A DNA stretch of 64,000 nucleotides, taken from positions 72,044,001 through 72,108,000 of the forward strand of contig CM075982.1 of NCBI GenBank assembly GCA_038087875.1, written 5' to 3'. The first letter of the stretch is position 1; each line of letters begins with the position of its first letter. The notes beneath the pieces were generated by a model, which saw only the letters and a list, made by a program, of their open reading frames with translations, was not told the DNA's origin and made no database searches. Made by a program: the position numbers and the translations under genes. The DNA comes from Malacoraja senta. Taxonomy: Eukaryota. This document shows, piece by piece, positions 61,859 to 64,000 of this stretch.

Positions 61859-63199
61859 GTCTTATTCAGCTGCATCATGACTTCATGACTCTTATATTCA
61901 ATGCCCCTAGCAATGAAAGAAAGCAAGAACACCATTTGCCTCGTCACTTTTGTGGATCAGCTCACGTCCCTCTGTTCCTGCACATCATTATGAGCAGTGA
62001 CAGATTGTCTCTCAACATACAGCAGAAATTAAAATTCAATCCCAGGCATTCCTCTAGCATGGCGGAAAGCACATCTGGAACCTTGCAGTTATAGGGCCTC
62101 CTTAACTTGACATGGGCACTCAATTGTCAGTCGTAACCACTCACATCAGCCCGGTTAATATTCCACACGGAGCACTGGTGCAAAATGCTAAACACCTCTT
62201 CGACTGATTGTGAACAGAGAGCCACTTCTGCAGCACAATTAACCATAAAGAGACACGAGGCGCAGAGCGGTTTATATCCATTCGGCAGTATGGAAACATC
62301 TGTTTCGAAACAGGACCATGGGGATAACAAAGAAAAATAAAGGCCACATTTGGAGATTTGGTTTAAGCACATGGCAGCTCATTCCAAATTTAAACTAACC
62401 CCAGGAGTGAAAAGTTGTCCCTGAGGTCACTCTTAAATCTGGAAATAAGAAACTGCAGATGCTGGTTTACACAAAAGGACACAGAGTGCTGGAGTAACTC
62501 AGCGGGTCAGGCAGCATCTTTCAGGTGTCCTTGGTTTCCCCTTTTAGGTCCACAAACTCCATCGCATCCGCATCGTCTTTCTTTCAGGTCCGCTTGCGCT
62601 CTTGGTTTGCCCTTTCAGGTCCGCTTGAGCCCCGCCTCATCCTCTGTCTTTCAGGTCCGCTTTTACTGCGCCCTACTCGGTCCGCACCTGTTCTCTAGTT
62701 CATTGCCCCTTCCTCCCCCTCCCGCAACCCCCCTCGGCCGCGTGTCCCTTTCACACCCGCTTGCGCCCCCCCCCCCCAACCCCACCCCACCCCACCCAGT
62801 CAGGTTCACTGGGAACCATGCCGCGCTGCCTCAACGCTTCTCCCGCCCGCAACCTTCACCTTTCCGCTCTCTCTGCCTCTTCAGCCAGTTCATGCCCTTC
62901 GCCTCGCCAGCCTGCTCCTCTCTCCGGCCCTGCCTCGCCCCGCGGTCGCTCATCGTCGCGCTTCTCCAGTGAGGCGCCTCTTCGCTCCGCCCGTGCCTGG
63001 TGCTGGATCACCCTACACGGTCCGCATGGGCTCTATCATTCTACACGGTCCGCATGGGCTCCATTTGCCGTACTCCTTCCAGGTCCGCTTGGAGCATGCC
63101 CATACATTGATTCTTCCCGGTCCGCTTTAAGCTTGATTTGTTTCCGGGTCTGCTTGCGTTGCGCCCTGCCTGCAACAAGGCATGTCCCCTCATTGGAAA

Positions 63200-64000
63200 A
63201 TTATAGTGGAAGGCTGTTTTTTTCTTTCGACTGGAGGCCTGTGACTAGTGGCGTGCCTCAAGGATGATTTTTAATTGTCTACTGTTGTTACTTGCGAGCA
63301 AAGAAGTTGGCTAATAAAGCATCGGTTGGCAGGTGGGCTGAGGAACAGTTAATGCAGTTTAATACAAATAAGTGCTGGGTTCAGCATTTTGGGAAGTCAA
63401 ACTAGGGCAGGAGCTACACTGCGAATGGCAGGGCTCTGGGGGATTTCTTGACAGTAGCATCAAGAAGGCTTTCGGCACATTGGCCTTCGACAGTCAGGTT
63501 TATGTTACTGGTTTTGTGAGGCATTGGTGAGGCCACATTGGGAAATTTGTTGTTAACCTGGAATCAGTGCAGAGAAGGTTTGCTGGGATGTTGCCAGGAC
63601 TCAAGGGCCTGAGCTATCGGGATAGGTTGGGAAGACTAGGACTTTAGTCCTTGGGACACAGGAGATTGGGGAGGGGGGGTTGATCTTACAGAGATGTACA
63701 TTGGGTAAATGCACAGAGTCTTTTACCCAGTAGGAGAATCAAGAACCAGAGGACATAGGTGTAAGGTGAGAGGGGAAAATTTAATAGGAACCTGAGGGAC
63801 AACTTTTGTTTACACAAAGGGTGGTGAGCTGCCAGAGGAGGTAGTTGAGGCAGGTACTATCAAAACGTTTAAAAGGCATTTGGACATGAATAGGGTAGGT
63901 TTAGAAGGATATGGGACAAATGCAGGCAAGTGCGACTAGTGTAGATGGGGCCTGTTGGTCGTCTTGGGCAAGTTAGGCAAAGGACCTGTTTCCACACTTT
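63200..64000 (+). mobile_element. Old degenerate CR1-clade LINE 3' region
   Basis: [11 protein letters not shown] remnant, RTRGH region and 3' UTR. Confidence 0.7.

Overview
Repeat-dense vertebrate genomic window, probably from a cartilaginous fish (skate/ray/shark). This is inferred from HE1-like V-SINEs, a SacSINE1-like DeuSINE and very abundant CR1 and Penelope-like repeats. The only host gene recognised is the 5' part of SOGA1/MTCL2 on the minus strand: three phase-0 coding exons (31576-30908, 12196-11972, 6682-6524), with the gene continuing off the left edge. The rest is mostly transposable elements (CR1, L1, RTE, Rex1/Babar, Penelope-like, Tc1, hAT, PIF/Harbinger, SINEs), often nested, plus a 200-N gap. 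Highlight 1: an intact full-length CR1 LINE (51678-59036) whose AUG-free 5' UTR is an array of 21 near-identical 148-bp monomers, each carrying CCAAT and AP-1 motifs. Highlight 2: its ORF1 ends in an in-frame U_UUA_AAC slippery heptamer, followed by a 7-nt spacer and G-runs, with ORF2 open in the -1 frame. This is a candidate -1 programmed ribosomal frameshift giving an esterase-endonuclease-RT fusion. Highlight 3: about 40 fragments (by eye) of a Penelope-derived terminal repeat carry a minimal type I hammerhead ribozyme core. They occur as TSD-flanked ~135-bp solo units and as head-to-head inverted pairs. Highlight 4: a 28-bp perfect-palindrome hAT remnant with a perfect 8-bp TSD. All family assignments come from recalled motifs, not database searches.
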